From the NCBI RefSeq assembly GCF_006345805.1, contig NC_043011.1, positions 62,136,464-62,200,463 of the forward strand: a DNA stretch of 64,000 nucleotides. Direction: 5' to 3'. Each line of letters opens with the position of its first letter. The stretch's first letter is position 1. The position numbers and the translations under genes are program-made. Origin of the DNA: Octopus sinensis. Its lineage: Eukaryota. Under the pieces are notes generated by a model that saw nothing but the letters and a program-made list of their open reading frames with translations, had not been told where the DNA came from and ran no database searches. This document shows positions 38,334 through 51,247 of the stretch, piece after piece.

Positions 38334-38860
38334 TCAGAAAGGCAAAAAGTGGCTGAGCGGGCCATGGGCGGAGACACAGACAACAAGCAGAGAGTTGTTG
38401 TCGTTGGTTGAGGCGTATCCAGGTGTCGGTGGTTCATCCGGTATATTCTGCAGGAATTTGTCCAGGTACCGTTTAAAAGTTATGAGGTCTTTTTCTACTT
38501 TAATTTCTTTCGGAATGACTTTGAAAAGAGCAGGACCATTTGCAGTGAAGAAATTGTGTCGCAATGTTCTGATGTGATGTGATCTCGATCTTTGTAGGGG
38601 ACACATTGCACGGGGACCTAGTCTTGGGGGAATTGTAAGCATAATACCAATATTTGGATAATACTGGTGGAATACTTTCCACATGGTGCAAATAATGAAT
38701 TGCTCACAACGGCGTTGCAGGGAATAGAGTTTCAGCTGTTTAAGTCGAGCCCAAGGGGTTTTCTTTATTGCAACCAAGCGCTTAATGTCGTTAGATCCCT
38801 GCTTAATAAAACAATTCTCATCTTCACTAAGAGATTATTCATGTTGTAACCAGAGGCTCG
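38334..38860 (-). mobile_element. CR1/L2-group LINE ORF2 3' end
   Basis: WARLKQLKLYSLQRR..WKV..GPALFKVIPKEI..FKRYLDKFLQNIPDEP..GY..NSL. Confidence 0.8.
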
Positions 38861-40237
38861 TCTGTGTCTCACATTTGTACGAGGTCTCTCAGTCGTCGTC
38901 TTTCGGTAATTATATCTTTACTTAATTTATATATATATAACATGCACACACCAAATCTACATTATGTATAAAAAATATATATTTGGGGTTATTAATAAAC
39001 ACTGTTGAAAATAATTCTCGTTATTACTGTCATGGGTTTAGAGTCGTAATTGTTGAGTTGGTGAACGAAGATATATTTTTTTGGCCGCGTGAATAATTGA
39101 AGCAAAACACGTGGAAGCTTAATTGAAATACTTATTGTCACAAATAAAAGCAAATGGGGCTGAGCATTTACAATTAAGGGTAAAAATAATTATGGACTGA
39201 GAGAGAGACATACCTCTGAGATTACAAAAAGGTATCTGTACAGCCGCATGTTGTCGGTCCAACGAAATTCAACGGTGATCGCTTCGTGGCGACAGAGGTA
39301 CTGGGCTAGCTATCTTAGGCCGTCTCTGTGAGTGTCTGGAACCATCTGATGGCAAGAATGAAGGCACATGTCACTCAGTGACCCACAACATTCAGCAATT
39401 ATCACCAAAAGCCGCCTTTTATTGGATGCAAGAAAATTCCAGAAGCTTAAATCACGTTACCATTTAACACTAATTGGCTGCTTATTAGACCCATGAACGT
39501 AAAACTATTGCAGTTCCATTATCTTATTATTATTATTATTTTTATTCATCTTTCTTAACCATGTTCCAGCACCCATTTATTTCAATGTTTGGTTCTAGAA
39601 GCGTTTTGAATCTTTAGAAATTTATTCCTGGTTTTCTAATTGAAATATTCCGAAAGAATGTAAGTCTTTGTTATCTCAGAGAATCTGTCCTTTTCCGCTT
39701 TACATGTTTCACTCATTGGATCGCGGCCATGCTGGGGCACTACTTTGAAGGATTTAGTCGAACGAATCGAACCCGATACTTATTTTAAAACCAAGCACTT
39801 ATTGTATTGTCTCTTTTTGCTAAACTGCTAAGTTACTGGGATATAAATGACCAATACCGGTTGCCAAGTGGTGGTGGAAGACAAACGCAAAGACACGCAC
39901 ACACTTATACATATGTATGCGTGTGTGTGTTTGCACACACACATGTATGCATGTATACACACACACATACACGATAGGTTTTGTAACGAGAATGTGTTGA
40001 ATGTCTTCTCTGGACCTTTTGGGGGTGCGAGAAGCAATCACTTTCCGTTGCTTTAATAATCCAGATTCTCTACCAGTCAGAAACAACAAGACGCAGACGT
40101 AAATAATATATATACTTTATTGTTTTATGGTGAGAGATCAGTGGTATATCTGATATCCTTGGTTCTGGGCGTGCAAGGCTGAAAGTTAATCGATTGTAAT
40201 ATTTACAATGTTCAGCCGCTAAAAACAGAACGAGTTA

Positions 40238-40550
40238 AAGATGGCCGCGGAATATGAAGACGATGTTGTCCGCAACAATTTGGTAAAAACCTTCGGCCGA
40301 CTGCTATCAAAGCTGGACAACGAGAAAATATACGTCCGTCGCCTTCGGTCGCTGCTGTCTCAAGTCGCTGCTTGCTGAACGCTGGTAGTCAACGTCTTAC
40401 GATCCCCTTGCCTTGGCTAACTGCTACGTAGGCAAAAGGGTTCTTCTTCCGGTGCTTCGCGCATGCGCGAGAGGGCCCTTCCTCTCTCTGCCTTGGTAAA
40501 GGCACCAACACGCGCGAAATAGAAAATGGACGGTGCGCGCGCGCGCCGCT
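40238..40550. promoter_or_regulatory. CpG-rich housekeeping-type promoter candidate
   Basis: YY1-like AAGATGGCCGC 40238-40248, ETS-like CTTCCGG 40446-40452, NRF1-type CGCGCATGCGCG 40458-40469, (GC)n 40535-40546; non-repetitive and CpG-dense in an otherwise CpG-poor window. Confidence 0.6.
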
Positions 40551-41755
40551 GTATAGCGTCACTACAGTTTCTTTCAGTTGTCGTCTACCAAATCCATTCA
40601 CAAGTCTCTGGTCAGACCGAGGCAACAGTAAAAGACATTTGCCTTAGGAGCCACGCAGTAGGACTGAACCTAGAACCATGTGGCTGGGAAGCAATCTTCT
40701 TACCTCACAGCCACACCTTGCGCCTCTGTCAAAATTTCATTTCACTTTACGTCGTTTCACTTAAAGTAGCGCTTTTCAAGGATCTTTCCAACGACCTTAA
40801 ACAAGGACTGACTGTAATATCATCCACAGAAATTTCAGCATTTAAAAGAAAAACAAACAAACAAAAACCGTTTTCAATATTCATCTGCGTAAAAATTTCC
40901 GAGTATTTAATTCGATAGAATGGAGTGTAATTGAGATTTTGCTATTTTTATCTTCCACTGAATGTTCGTTCTCAACAGCTTTGCGTGAATGAGAGGGTTA
41001 AAAGTTATTCGAGCTGAAAACGAATTCCTGTCTGCAGATGCGTGTAATGACTATTTATAAGATACGGAAACATCGTTGTAGATGCAACTTAGATAACTTC
41101 CCAGAGATGCAACGTGAACTGCAGTTTAATATCAAGATGAGCTTCAAGTATGCACGATTCTGATTCTAAGGGTCTCTTTGTTGTAAATTCTTCATTGGAA
41201 GTTTTCGAAAAGCGTTTGTTGTTCAGAATAGAAGATTGCGATTTATTGCCGAGTTCTTCGTTAGTCTTGACCTCGATGATTACAAATGCTTATCAGTCTT
41301 TCTGATGGCATTGAACTTTTCTCAAGAAACGGCAGGACCCAAGGCATGTTGCCTTTCATTTAATCATTGCTCTTAAAAGTCTTTGTTTTATATCTTTTAT
41401 ACTTCATTTGTTTAGGAATAAAAGAAATACGGAGCATAAGAATAAAGCTCGGAATCAATATTCTACACGCTGATATTTTTAGCTGTGATTCGAGATCGAT
41501 TGTCTCAAAGAGAATTATTTCACGTTCTCTTGAAGTTTCTACATTCTCATGACGTCAACAATATACCTTTGTCGCTGGTAAGAATAAAGTTTCTAAAATA
41601 GAGAAGCTCAAAGCCTTTCTTTGGTCATATGATAGAACGCCTATAATATCTACGGGAGATGTTGGTTCGACTCCCAAGGGTGCCCCTGATTTTGTTCTCC
41701 ATCCAAGAGGTTTTTCTTTTTATACACGCTATTACTCATAGCCTTATCTACTTCG

Positions 41756-41790
<35 letters not shown>

Positions 41791-41799
41791 CATATATAA

Positions 41800-41962
41800 A
41801 ACGGGCTTCTTTCAGTTTCGGTCTACCAAATCCACTCACAAGGCTTTGGTCGGCCCGAGGCTATAGTAGAAGACACTTGTCCAAGGTTGCCACGCAGTGG
41901 GACTGAACCCGGAACCATGTGGTTGGTAAGCAAGCTACTTACCACACAGCCACTCCTGCGCC
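41800..41962 (-). mobile_element. Family C SINE (near-consensus)
   Basis: ACGGGCTTCTTTCAGTTTCGGTCTACCAAATCCACTCACAAGGCTTTGGTCGGCCCGAGG..GGGACTGAACCCGGAACCATGTGG. Confidence 0.85.
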
Positions 41963-43377
41963 TGTATTTGACAGAATAATCATAATGGCCGCAGTCTAAT
42001 GAGTAAAACAAATAAAAAAAGGTAATAAAAAAATGATAAAGAAACACTTCAACCAGATGCCATTTATTAGTCAAATTCTCTTGGATTCTGATCTGGATTA
42101 ATCAGATTAGACCCAACAAAGTAAATATTTTACATAAATTATCACAAAAATAACAAAAATAAAAAGAGAGATGCGATAAATAATAATTCTTCAAATAATG
42201 ATATTTTGTATCAGAATAGACTTCTGTTTATCTGGGGTTTAGATAGAGGACCCAACTAAGGAGGCCTTTCATTTATTAAGGGATCTTAGCCATATGGAAA
42301 TCAAGTTTTTCTTGTGAGCTTCTACGTGGTGGCTCAACTTGGTAGAAATAGCAGTCAAATTTCCTTCAAGTTATTTTCTATTTGATTATTTTTCTTGAGT
42401 TCTAAGACTTACTAAGTCAGTCCTCTGGTTGCCATGGCATTTAAGTAACCAAGCACATGACATTCTTCTGAAGGGCGGGTCTGCTACAGGGTTGAAGGTG
42501 AGAAATTTCAGAGAAGGAGACAAATTGATTACATCTTTCCCCAGTACACGACTCAGTGAAGGCACCTGGTTCAGTGGTTAGGCCATTGGACTCATGATCG
42601 TAAGATCCTGGTTTCAATTCCTGGATCAGGCAGTGTGTCACGTCCTTGAGCAAAGCAATTCATTTCACATTGCTCTGGTCCACCCAGCTTGCGAAAATGA
42701 GCAATCCTGTGACCAAAGGACACCCCATCCAGGGGGTGAATACATATACCACAGAAACTGGCCTTCTGAGTCTATGCAACTCAGGAAGAAACAGTGCTTG
42801 ACCTTGAAGGGATGAATGGCAAAGCTGACCTTTGTAGGATTTGAACTCAGAATGTAAAATGATGGGAAAAAAAAAAGGGATGGCCATAGTTGGATTAGAA
42901 ATAAATGTTCATATGTCTGCTTAACAAAAGATGACATGGGACCAAAGAAACACAATAATGAGATCCAATCGGTGTTAGGGAGCTTCAGAAGGTTTTTAGA
43001 ATGTCTTTTCTTACTGTTCCCTTCCTTTCTTATCAATGGTATTCAGGAAAGCAGGGTGCTACAGTGGTTGCCATCACCTCCTTCATGTTGCTAATCCCGT
43101 TTTATTATTGGGTTCAAATGGCACAAGGCCAGTGATTTCAAAAGAAGGTTTGAATCAATTACATCCCCCCCCCCAGAGTTCAGCTGATATTTAATAACCC
43201 TGAAACAACAAAAGGTAAATTCGACCTCAACAGAAATTGAACTCACAACCTACACATACAGAATACCATGGGTTATTTTGCCAGATGCAGTAATAATTCT
43301 GCCTTAATCTCCCTTTATCATTATTATGGACACTTCCCTTCTGTTAATGCATACTTTTTAAAAAATTATTTAATTAT

Positions 43378-43910
43378 AAAGGCCGAGGGTGTTTTGGCAT
43401 CACTCAGCAAGACCTTTGTCAGCCACTCTCCAGCTCTCTATTTAAGGCTGTATATGGCTATGGTGTGGCCAAAAGTGGAATTTGCATCACCAGTCTGGAA
43501 CCCTGATCTTGCTCAGGACATTGACTTCCTGGAAACCATTCAGAAAACATGCAACTAAGTGAATACCCTCCATCAGGCATCTACCATACTTTGAATACTT
43601 CCCTGGGCATGGACACATTGAAGCTCCAATGTCTGGCAACTAACTTGGTCAACACCCACAAAATTATTAACCATTGCGCCAACAACCACCTTGAGCACCT
43701 TTTTGGGCTCCATGTGTCTAACACATGTGGCCATGCCTCCAAAGTCAGAAAACAGCACAGCTCCCATGACTTTCAGAAACACTTTTTCACACTCAGAGTT
43801 GCTGAAGCATGGAACAAACTACCTGCATCAGTTGTTAGTTGCCAAGACATTGCATCCTTTAAAACCTCCATGCTTCTTGAAATGTGCCAACACTACACCT
43901 GATATACCCT
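43378..43910 (+). mobile_element. CR1-clade LINE ORF2 3' end
   Basis: LYMAMVWPKVEFASPVWNP..DIDFLETIQK and GHASKVRKQ..KHFFTLRVAEAWNKLPASVV..SFK. Confidence 0.85.
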
Positions 43911-45695
43911 TCCATATGCATGCACACCTGTATATCATGACTCATACATGCACTGTGCATGTACCTTTGATGAGTTGTAGTGCACCTGAGCATCATACAC
44001 AATATACGTAAACCTCAACACTGTCTTTGTATTGTCCCCCTCATCCTTTGCCCTTGTGGCAAATAAAAGAAATTATTATTATTATTTCCTGTACTTTCTT
44101 CATATCTAAGCAACAAAAATAAAGTACCTGGTACTTTCTTCATTCATATTTCACATCTCGCCATTAACTTCTATTTTCCATGCTTTATTTAAGTCTTCCT
44201 CGTTATGTTAATTAAACATCCCTAATTATGGTGATTTTGTCTTATTTATATTAGTTTTATCTTACTTTTTAAACTTTTATTGGTTTCAGTCTTTGGACTG
44301 TGGCCATGCTGGAGTACCACTATGACAAGTTTAGTCTAACAAATCAACCCCACTGTCTGTTTTTTAAGACAGATACTTATTCTATTGATCTATTCTGGCT
44401 GAATCGCTAAGTCACACGCACATAAGCAAACCAACACAGGCTGTCAAGCAGAAGTGGGGGACAAATACAACACACCCCACTTATGATGGACTTATCCATA
44501 TTAGACACAACTCATGTACATACATATATGTGTGTGTATAATATATACACACACACACGCATATATATATATACACAAGAGTAAGCACATAAATGTGAAA
44601 CAAGGTGGAAAAATAGTACTCAAATACCAAAGGTAGAGTAATATGCTTCATTGATAGAACATATATATATATCCCTCTCTCTCTTTCGGAGAGGCACAAG
44701 CACCTACACACACGGCAGTAACTTCCGCCTGCCGAATTCCATCACAAAGCTTCGGTCGGCTCGGGGCTATAGCAGAAGACACCTACCCAAAGTGCCACGC
44801 AGTGGGACTGAACCCGAAACCATATAGCTAGGAAGCAAGCTCCCTAACCACACAGCCATGCCCGATATATATACATGACGAGCTTCTTTCAGTTTCTGTC
44901 TTCCAAATCCACTCACAAGGCTTTGGTCAGCTTGAGGCTACAGCAGAAGACACTTGCTCATAGTGCTGCACAGTGGGATGGAACCAAAGACCATATGGTT
45001 GGGAAGCAAGCCTCTTAGTCACACTGCCACGCCTGCACCAACATTAATAATTAATCTCCCACTTATACACCCCTACCCTTCTAAAATGGACTGATCCATC
45101 ATATCAAACACAACTCATTTCAATTTCTGACACAAAATCTTTCAACCCAGATCCAATTTCGATTAGGTGGAATGGCCCCAAATGTTGCAATCAGATCCAG
45201 TAGATCAATAAATCCCATCAAATATACATCAGAACCTTAATAGGGGTCTCATGGGATAAGAGAGTGAAGTTCAATCAATGATGGCTAAAGTCAGGAGGTG
45301 AAGAAACAGCAATAATCATTAACAGAATTATATTTTAGCTGATGCTGTTTAGCCCCAGGACTATTCTGACTCAACAGGCCTATGAATGAAGGCACTCCTG
45401 CCATGACCATCATGTCTTTTTCCTATCTGCAGGAAACTCAGGACCAGTGTTATCTAACGGATACCTTCCTTTTTTGATATGATACATTGTCATTTGATGG
45501 AGATTTAGCTGATCTTTCTAGCAGGTTGCAAGACTCCCTGCGAACCTTTTAATGTCAGCAGGAAGAGGAGGAGGAGGAGGAAAACTATGATGTCACATGA
45601 CAGCACAAGAAAATCCTCAAACCAAAATGTCAAAACTTTTTTTCTTAGAGACTACAAAAAACAAAAAAAAATCACTGGAAGCTTGCCACAAGCTT

Positions 45696-45881
45696 ATCAT
45701 CACCATCATCACCATCATCATCATCATCATTATCACCATCAACACCATCATCATCATCATCATCACCATCATCATCATCACCATCACCATCATCACCATC
45801 ACCATCATCATCACCATCATCATCATCATCATCACCATCACCATCATCATCACCATCATCACCATCACCATCATCATCACC

Positions 45882-45913
<32 letters not shown>

Positions 45914-45988
45914 CACCATCACCATCACCATCATCATCATCATCATCATCCACCATCATCATCATCATCACCATCACATCACCATCAC

Positions 45989-46023
<35 letters not shown>

Positions 46024-46119
46024 CATCATCACCATCATCATCATCATCACATCACCATCACATCACCATCATCATCTCATCATCATCACCATCATCATCA
46101 CCATCACCATCACCATCAC

Positions 46120-46173
<54 letters not shown>

Positions 46174-46234
46174 CACCATCACCATCATCATCATCATCAT
46201 CATCATCACCACCATCATCACCATCATCACCATC

Positions 46235-46266
<32 letters not shown>

Positions 46267-46342
46267 CACCATCACCATCATCATCATCATCATCATCATC
46301 ACCATCATCACCATCACCATCATCATCACCATCATCATCATC

Positions 46343-46401
<59 letters not shown>

Positions 46402-46426
46402 TCACCATCATCATCACCATCATCAC

Positions 46427-46485
<59 letters not shown>

Positions 46486-46553
46486 CCATCACCATCATCA
46501 TCACCATCATCACCATCATCATCATCATCATCATCATCACCATCATCACCATC

Positions 46554-46585
<32 letters not shown>

Positions 46586-46591
46586 CATCAT
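45696..46591. repeat. ~900-bp (CAT/CAC)n compound trinucleotide array
   Basis: Direct reading; explains the 340-aa poly-His/Ile and poly-Met/Asp ORFs. Confidence 0.95.
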
Positions 46592-46854
46592 GGTCATTAT
46601 AATAATTAAGATGACGAGCTGACCAAATCGTTACTGTGCTAGAAACAATGCTTAGTGGCATTTTTTCTCACTTGACATTCTGAGTTCAAATACTGCCAAA
46701 GCTGACTTTGCTTTCCATCCTCTCAGGGTCGATAAAATAAGTACCAGTTACGCATTGGGGGTCGATGTCAGTGACTTGCACCTTCTCTCAAAACTGCTGG
46801 CTTTGTGCCAAAATTTGAAACCATTGTTATTATCATTATTATTATTATTATTCA

Positions 46855-47192
46855 GAGACCCCCTTTGGTCACAAATGACAATAGGATTGCACCTCGAAAG
46901 TTCCCCTCTGAGGCACAAGTCGGGGCAAGGTTGTTTATGGAAGAAGAGCAGTCACCCCTGCATACCGGCCTCCCGTCTCCACGCCACCAATGTTACCCAA
47001 AGGAAAGGCAAAGGGACCAATACAGCTTGGCACCTGAGACGTCGCAACTCATTTCTACAGCTGAGTGAACTGGAGCAATGTGAAATAAAGTGTCTTGCTC
47101 AAGAACACAACAAGCAGCCTGGTCCGGGATTCGAACCCACAACCTCACGGTCGTAAGTTCGACACTCTAACCACTGAGCCATGTGCCTTCAC
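46855..47192 (-). mobile_element. Family E SINE (same subfamily as 26408-26749)
   Basis: tRNA-like head, shared core and GAGACCCCCTT terminus. Confidence 0.85.
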
Positions 47193-48651
47193 TTATTATC
47201 ATTATTCTTGTTATTATTAAGGTGGTAAGCTAGCAGAGTCATTAGAACACCAGACGAAATGCTTAGCAGCATTTTGTTCATCCTTACGTTCTAAGTTCAA
47301 ATTCTACAGAAGTCGACTTCGCCTTTCATCCTTTCGGGTGGGTCTATAAAAGAAGTACCAGTTGCAAGTACGGATTTGTGTTAGTATAAGTACAAGTGAG
47401 TGTTGATAGATCTGGACTGGGTGACAATAATGATCAACAAAATCAATGATGGGAAAAGAGCAAAAACACTTGGCTTTTTATTGTCTCCTAGCAATGCACT
47501 TTGCCTCGGACGAAACACTGAAGCACTCTGGGGTTGATGTAATCGACTGACAGCCTGCCCCCAACACTATATTTCAGGGCAGGGGCCTATAGTATTATTA
47601 TTATTATCCTCATTATGTATTCACTGAGGTTAACTTTAACTTGTATTACCATAGCAGACTCACTCACTATACATATATGTATATATATATCATATATTAT
47701 ATATATATATATGTATATACGGGGCAAATAGTTTGCAAAGATATCATTGACTGGTATTATCTAGTGTAACAAATTTAAAAATGATAATAACAGAATCAAT
47801 AAAAAAAATAGCATTAAATAGCTGAAAGGTTAAGATTAATCAAAGGACATGTTAAGTATAAATACGTATAAATATATATGTACTGTTGTCTGGGGAGAGT
47901 CATTTTCTTTTTGTGTCTTACAATTTAATACGCTCACATATATATACGCCTATCAATATATATATATATATATATATATAGATAGATAGAGAGACAGATA
48001 GGTAGATAGACAGACAGACAGATGGATAGATAGATAGATGCATATAAAATATTAATCAAAAATTGAAGTGAATTTATATTCTTATAATATATTTTAGTTG
48101 CAATCCTTTACATTCTGTGTTCAAATCCCAGCAAAGCAGAGGTGACTGACTTCACCCTTTGTCTGTCTAAAGCATTCTTGTAAGTTTGAGCTGAATCTCC
48201 AAGGTTGTTTTACAGTTTTTTTTTCTCTTTTAGTAAGTCCTTGTTTAGTAAGTTCTGAGTAATAAAACTTTCCATTCATAATTCCCAAGTGACTTTGGTG
48301 AGTGGAAAGAAAAAAAAAACACACACTGTAAGAAAGTGTATCAAATATGATGTTATGGGATGCCTGAGAAAATATGTTCCGTGTATCAAAAATACAAGAT
48401 ATGACACAGGCAAATGTGCAATAAACTATACTCTTCCCCCTCCAAAATATACAACTGTGGGTTGTTAATTTGAGATATTTATTATTATTAATTACTGTTA
48501 ATTACACAATATCTAAATATTTTCACTCAATTATCTAGAGTAACTTTGATAAAACCCTCTTCAAGTACAATTCTTCAGAGGGACAGAGAGATAATGATGA
48601 CGATGATGGTGATGATGACAATGGCCATTCCTGCTCATTAGACACCAAAAA

Positions 48652-49634
48652 TCATTTCCTCATCCCCTGGGACGTCCCAGAGTAACTCTTATAGTTTCTC
48701 TGTCGGTCTTGGTAATAATCCCCTTCTCTAGACCGACTCCTCTGCCTGCTCCTCTCACTGTACTCATTTCTCTGTCTGTTACTCCTCTCATTAGATCTAC
48801 TCCTCTTCCTATTCCTCTCGTTAGATCTACTTCTCTGCCTCTCCTTCCCATTAGATATGCGCCTTTCATGAGACACATTCCTCTGCCTCCTCCTCTCATT
48901 AGATCTGCTCCTATTACTGTTCCTTTCATTGGATCCACTCCTCTTACTACGCCTCTCATTAGATCTGCTTCTTTGCCTATTCCTCTCATTAGATCTACTC
49001 CTCTTACTATTTCTTTCTTTAGAAATACTCCTCTGCCTACTCCTCTCATGAGATCTGCTCCTCTTGCTATTCCTCTCCTTAGAGACACTCCTCTGCCTAT
49101 TCCTTTCATTAGACCTACTCCTCTGCCTATTCCCCTCCTTAGCTTTACCGCTCTGTTTCTTCTTGCTGCTGCCATCACTGGAATCACTACTCTGCCCACT
49201 CCTCACACTGGACACGCTACTCTGCCTGCTCCTTTCACTCGACTCACTACTCTGCCCGCTACTCTCACTCGACTGCCTCCTTCTGCGCACTCTCTGAGCC
49301 TGAGCCTTTGTCTCACCACCACCACCACCACCACTACTACTACAGCTGCTACTACGGCTGTGATGTCTCGCATCTCTCCGTTGCACTCGATCTTTGATTT
49401 CTCTGCCGCGTGCTTTCGAGTGAGTCCTTTTCGAGTCAAACTGCTCCTTGCCCATGCTGCCGGAGGTCCCAGGATGGCAATCATAAGAAGAATTCTTTGA
49501 AGCAGAGTCCTTCTCTTTAGTTCTCCCATTCTTGCCGCCAGTTGAGTGTTTTCTGCTCGATTCTTTGCTGTGTTTGTTGGATTTGTCTTTCTCAGAATGG
49601 CTCACTCTCTTGTGGCAACTGGAATCCTTCTCTT
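48652..49634 (-). CDS. CIR1: CIR1 terminal coding exon (Lys/Arg/Ser-rich tail)
   Basis: Acceptor tattttgcag, phase 1 (G+AA = Glu), open to TGA at 48652-48654; RS-rich as expected for CIR1 C-termini. Confidence 0.85.
48730..49128 (-). repeat. In-frame 30-bp (10-aa) coding tandem repeat RQRSRSNERN inside CIR1
   Basis: Nine contiguous units 48859-49128 plus 2-3 degenerate units downstream. Confidence 0.85.
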
Positions 49635-50469
49635 CTGCAAAATACAACAATAAATAAATAAATAAAAATACCAAAAAAAAAAGAGAAAAAGTAAAAAAGA
49701 AACAGTTATTTTTCTATGAAGAGCACAAAGCCAGTAATTTCAGGGAAAGGGGTCAAGTTGATTTCATCACCCCCAGTACTCAGCTGGTATTTATTTTATC
49801 AACCCTGGGAAGAATGAAGGGCAAAGCTGGCCTTGATGGATTTGTATAAGGAACCCCTTTTTTTTCAAAAATTAGGTTAAAAAAAATGGGAGTTTCCTGT
49901 ACACAGATAGTATTATAATCCCTTACACAACCTTTCTCCCAAATTTTAAGTCCCCCAAAATTAGGGGTTTCCTTATAGATGTTAAAATATGGTGGATTGT
50001 AAAGACAAGATGAAATGCTGCCAAGCGTTTTTCCAAGTATGCAATCGATTCTGCCAGCTTGCCACCTTATGGGAAGTGAAATGAAGAGCTTTGCTCAAGG
50101 ACAATGTGTTACCTGGTCTATGAATTGAACCTACAACTTATTTGATCATCAGTGAAATGTTCTAACCTCTAGACCATGCCGGACTTCTTGTGGTAACTGG
50201 AAGTCTTATCTTGGACCTGAATAGTAACCATGTCTATCATTGTCAGAGGGTCACAAATTTTTCAGTGCCAACTCTTTATAAGGTCAACTTTGTTGCTCAT
50301 CCTTCTAAATTAAACACAGGGGTTGATGCAATCAACTTATCACCCCCACCCACCTTAAATTGTTAGTCTTGAGCCATAATTATATAAGTAACAGAGTCAG
50401 TTTAGTTGACTAATCCTCATCCAGATGGCTGGTCTTATGCTTAAATCAGGAAATATAATTATGGTGGCT

Positions 50470-50895
50470 GATGACAGTACCACCTGATTGGCACCTGTGC
50501 TGGTGGCACATAAAATGCACCATTCGAGCATGGTCGATGCCAATGCTGCCTGACTGGCCCTCATGCTGGTGGTACATAAGAATCGCCAATCAAGTTTGGT
50601 CAATGCCAGTGCAGCCTGATTGGCCATTGTGCTGGTGGCATATAAAAAGCACCGTTCAAGTGTGGTTGATGCCAGTGCCGCCTGACTGGCCCTCATGCTG
50701 GTGGCATGTAAAAAGCATCCACTACATTCTTGGAGTGGCTGGTGTTAGGAAGGGCATCCAGCTGTAGAAACTTTGCCAGATTGGATTGGGACCTGGTGCA
50801 GCTTTCTGGCTTGCCAGACCTCAGTCAAACCGTCCAACCCATGCCAGCATGGAAAGTCGACATTAAGCGACTATGATGATGATGATGATGATGAC
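50470..50895 (+). mobile_element. Family A SINE with ~4 tandem ~66-bp modules
   Basis: CTGGTGGCAYRTAAAAAGCACC core repeated before the standard 3' part. Confidence 0.8.
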
Positions 50896-51155
50896 TGGCA
50901 GTTTTAAAGGTCAGGCAGAGCTGATTGCATCAACTAAATTCTTACTTACATTTAAAATTAATTGAAAGAAACACAGAGCATCTCAATAGAAATATGGTAA
51001 TGAAAGGGTTAAAGAGAGGGGTCTATCCCAGTAATTGAATGGTACCTCTTTTGACTGATGAAAGGCAGCTTGTCTTAGATTCTACAGAATGGATGCAAGC
51101 TTTGCGATGAGCTTTATAAAAACATACAAAACACATTAATAACGAATGAACTTAC

Positions 51156-51247
51156 CAGTTTTCTCATGGTGTTTGGAGTGTTTGTGTTTCTTTGACTTCT
51201 TTTTTTTCTTCTTTGGTGATTCCTTCGTCCTGAGCACCAAAAGCTTC
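51156..51247 (-). CDS. CIR1: CIR1 exon (KLLVLRTKESPKKKKKKSKKHKHSKHHEKT)
   Basis: Acceptor catttgtag, donor G|gtaagt; phase 2 to 1; matches the Lys-rich segment after KQKLLRKL of CIR1. Confidence 0.9.

Noticed and set aside
41615-41680. tRNA-like fragment (CGGGAGA..GGTTCGACTCCC)
   Set aside because: The B-box is present but the cloverleaf stems do not close; at best a decayed tRNA-derived repeat.
45587-46661. 340-aa poly-His/Ile and poly-Met/Asp ORFs
   Set aside because: They are translations of the (CAT/CAC)n array, open in several frames, with no splice or codon evidence.
48660-49529. Alternative-frame and antisense ORFs over the CIR1 last exon (179, 263, 77, 108 aa)
   Set aside because: By-products of the 30-bp coding repeat, which lacks stops in several frames.
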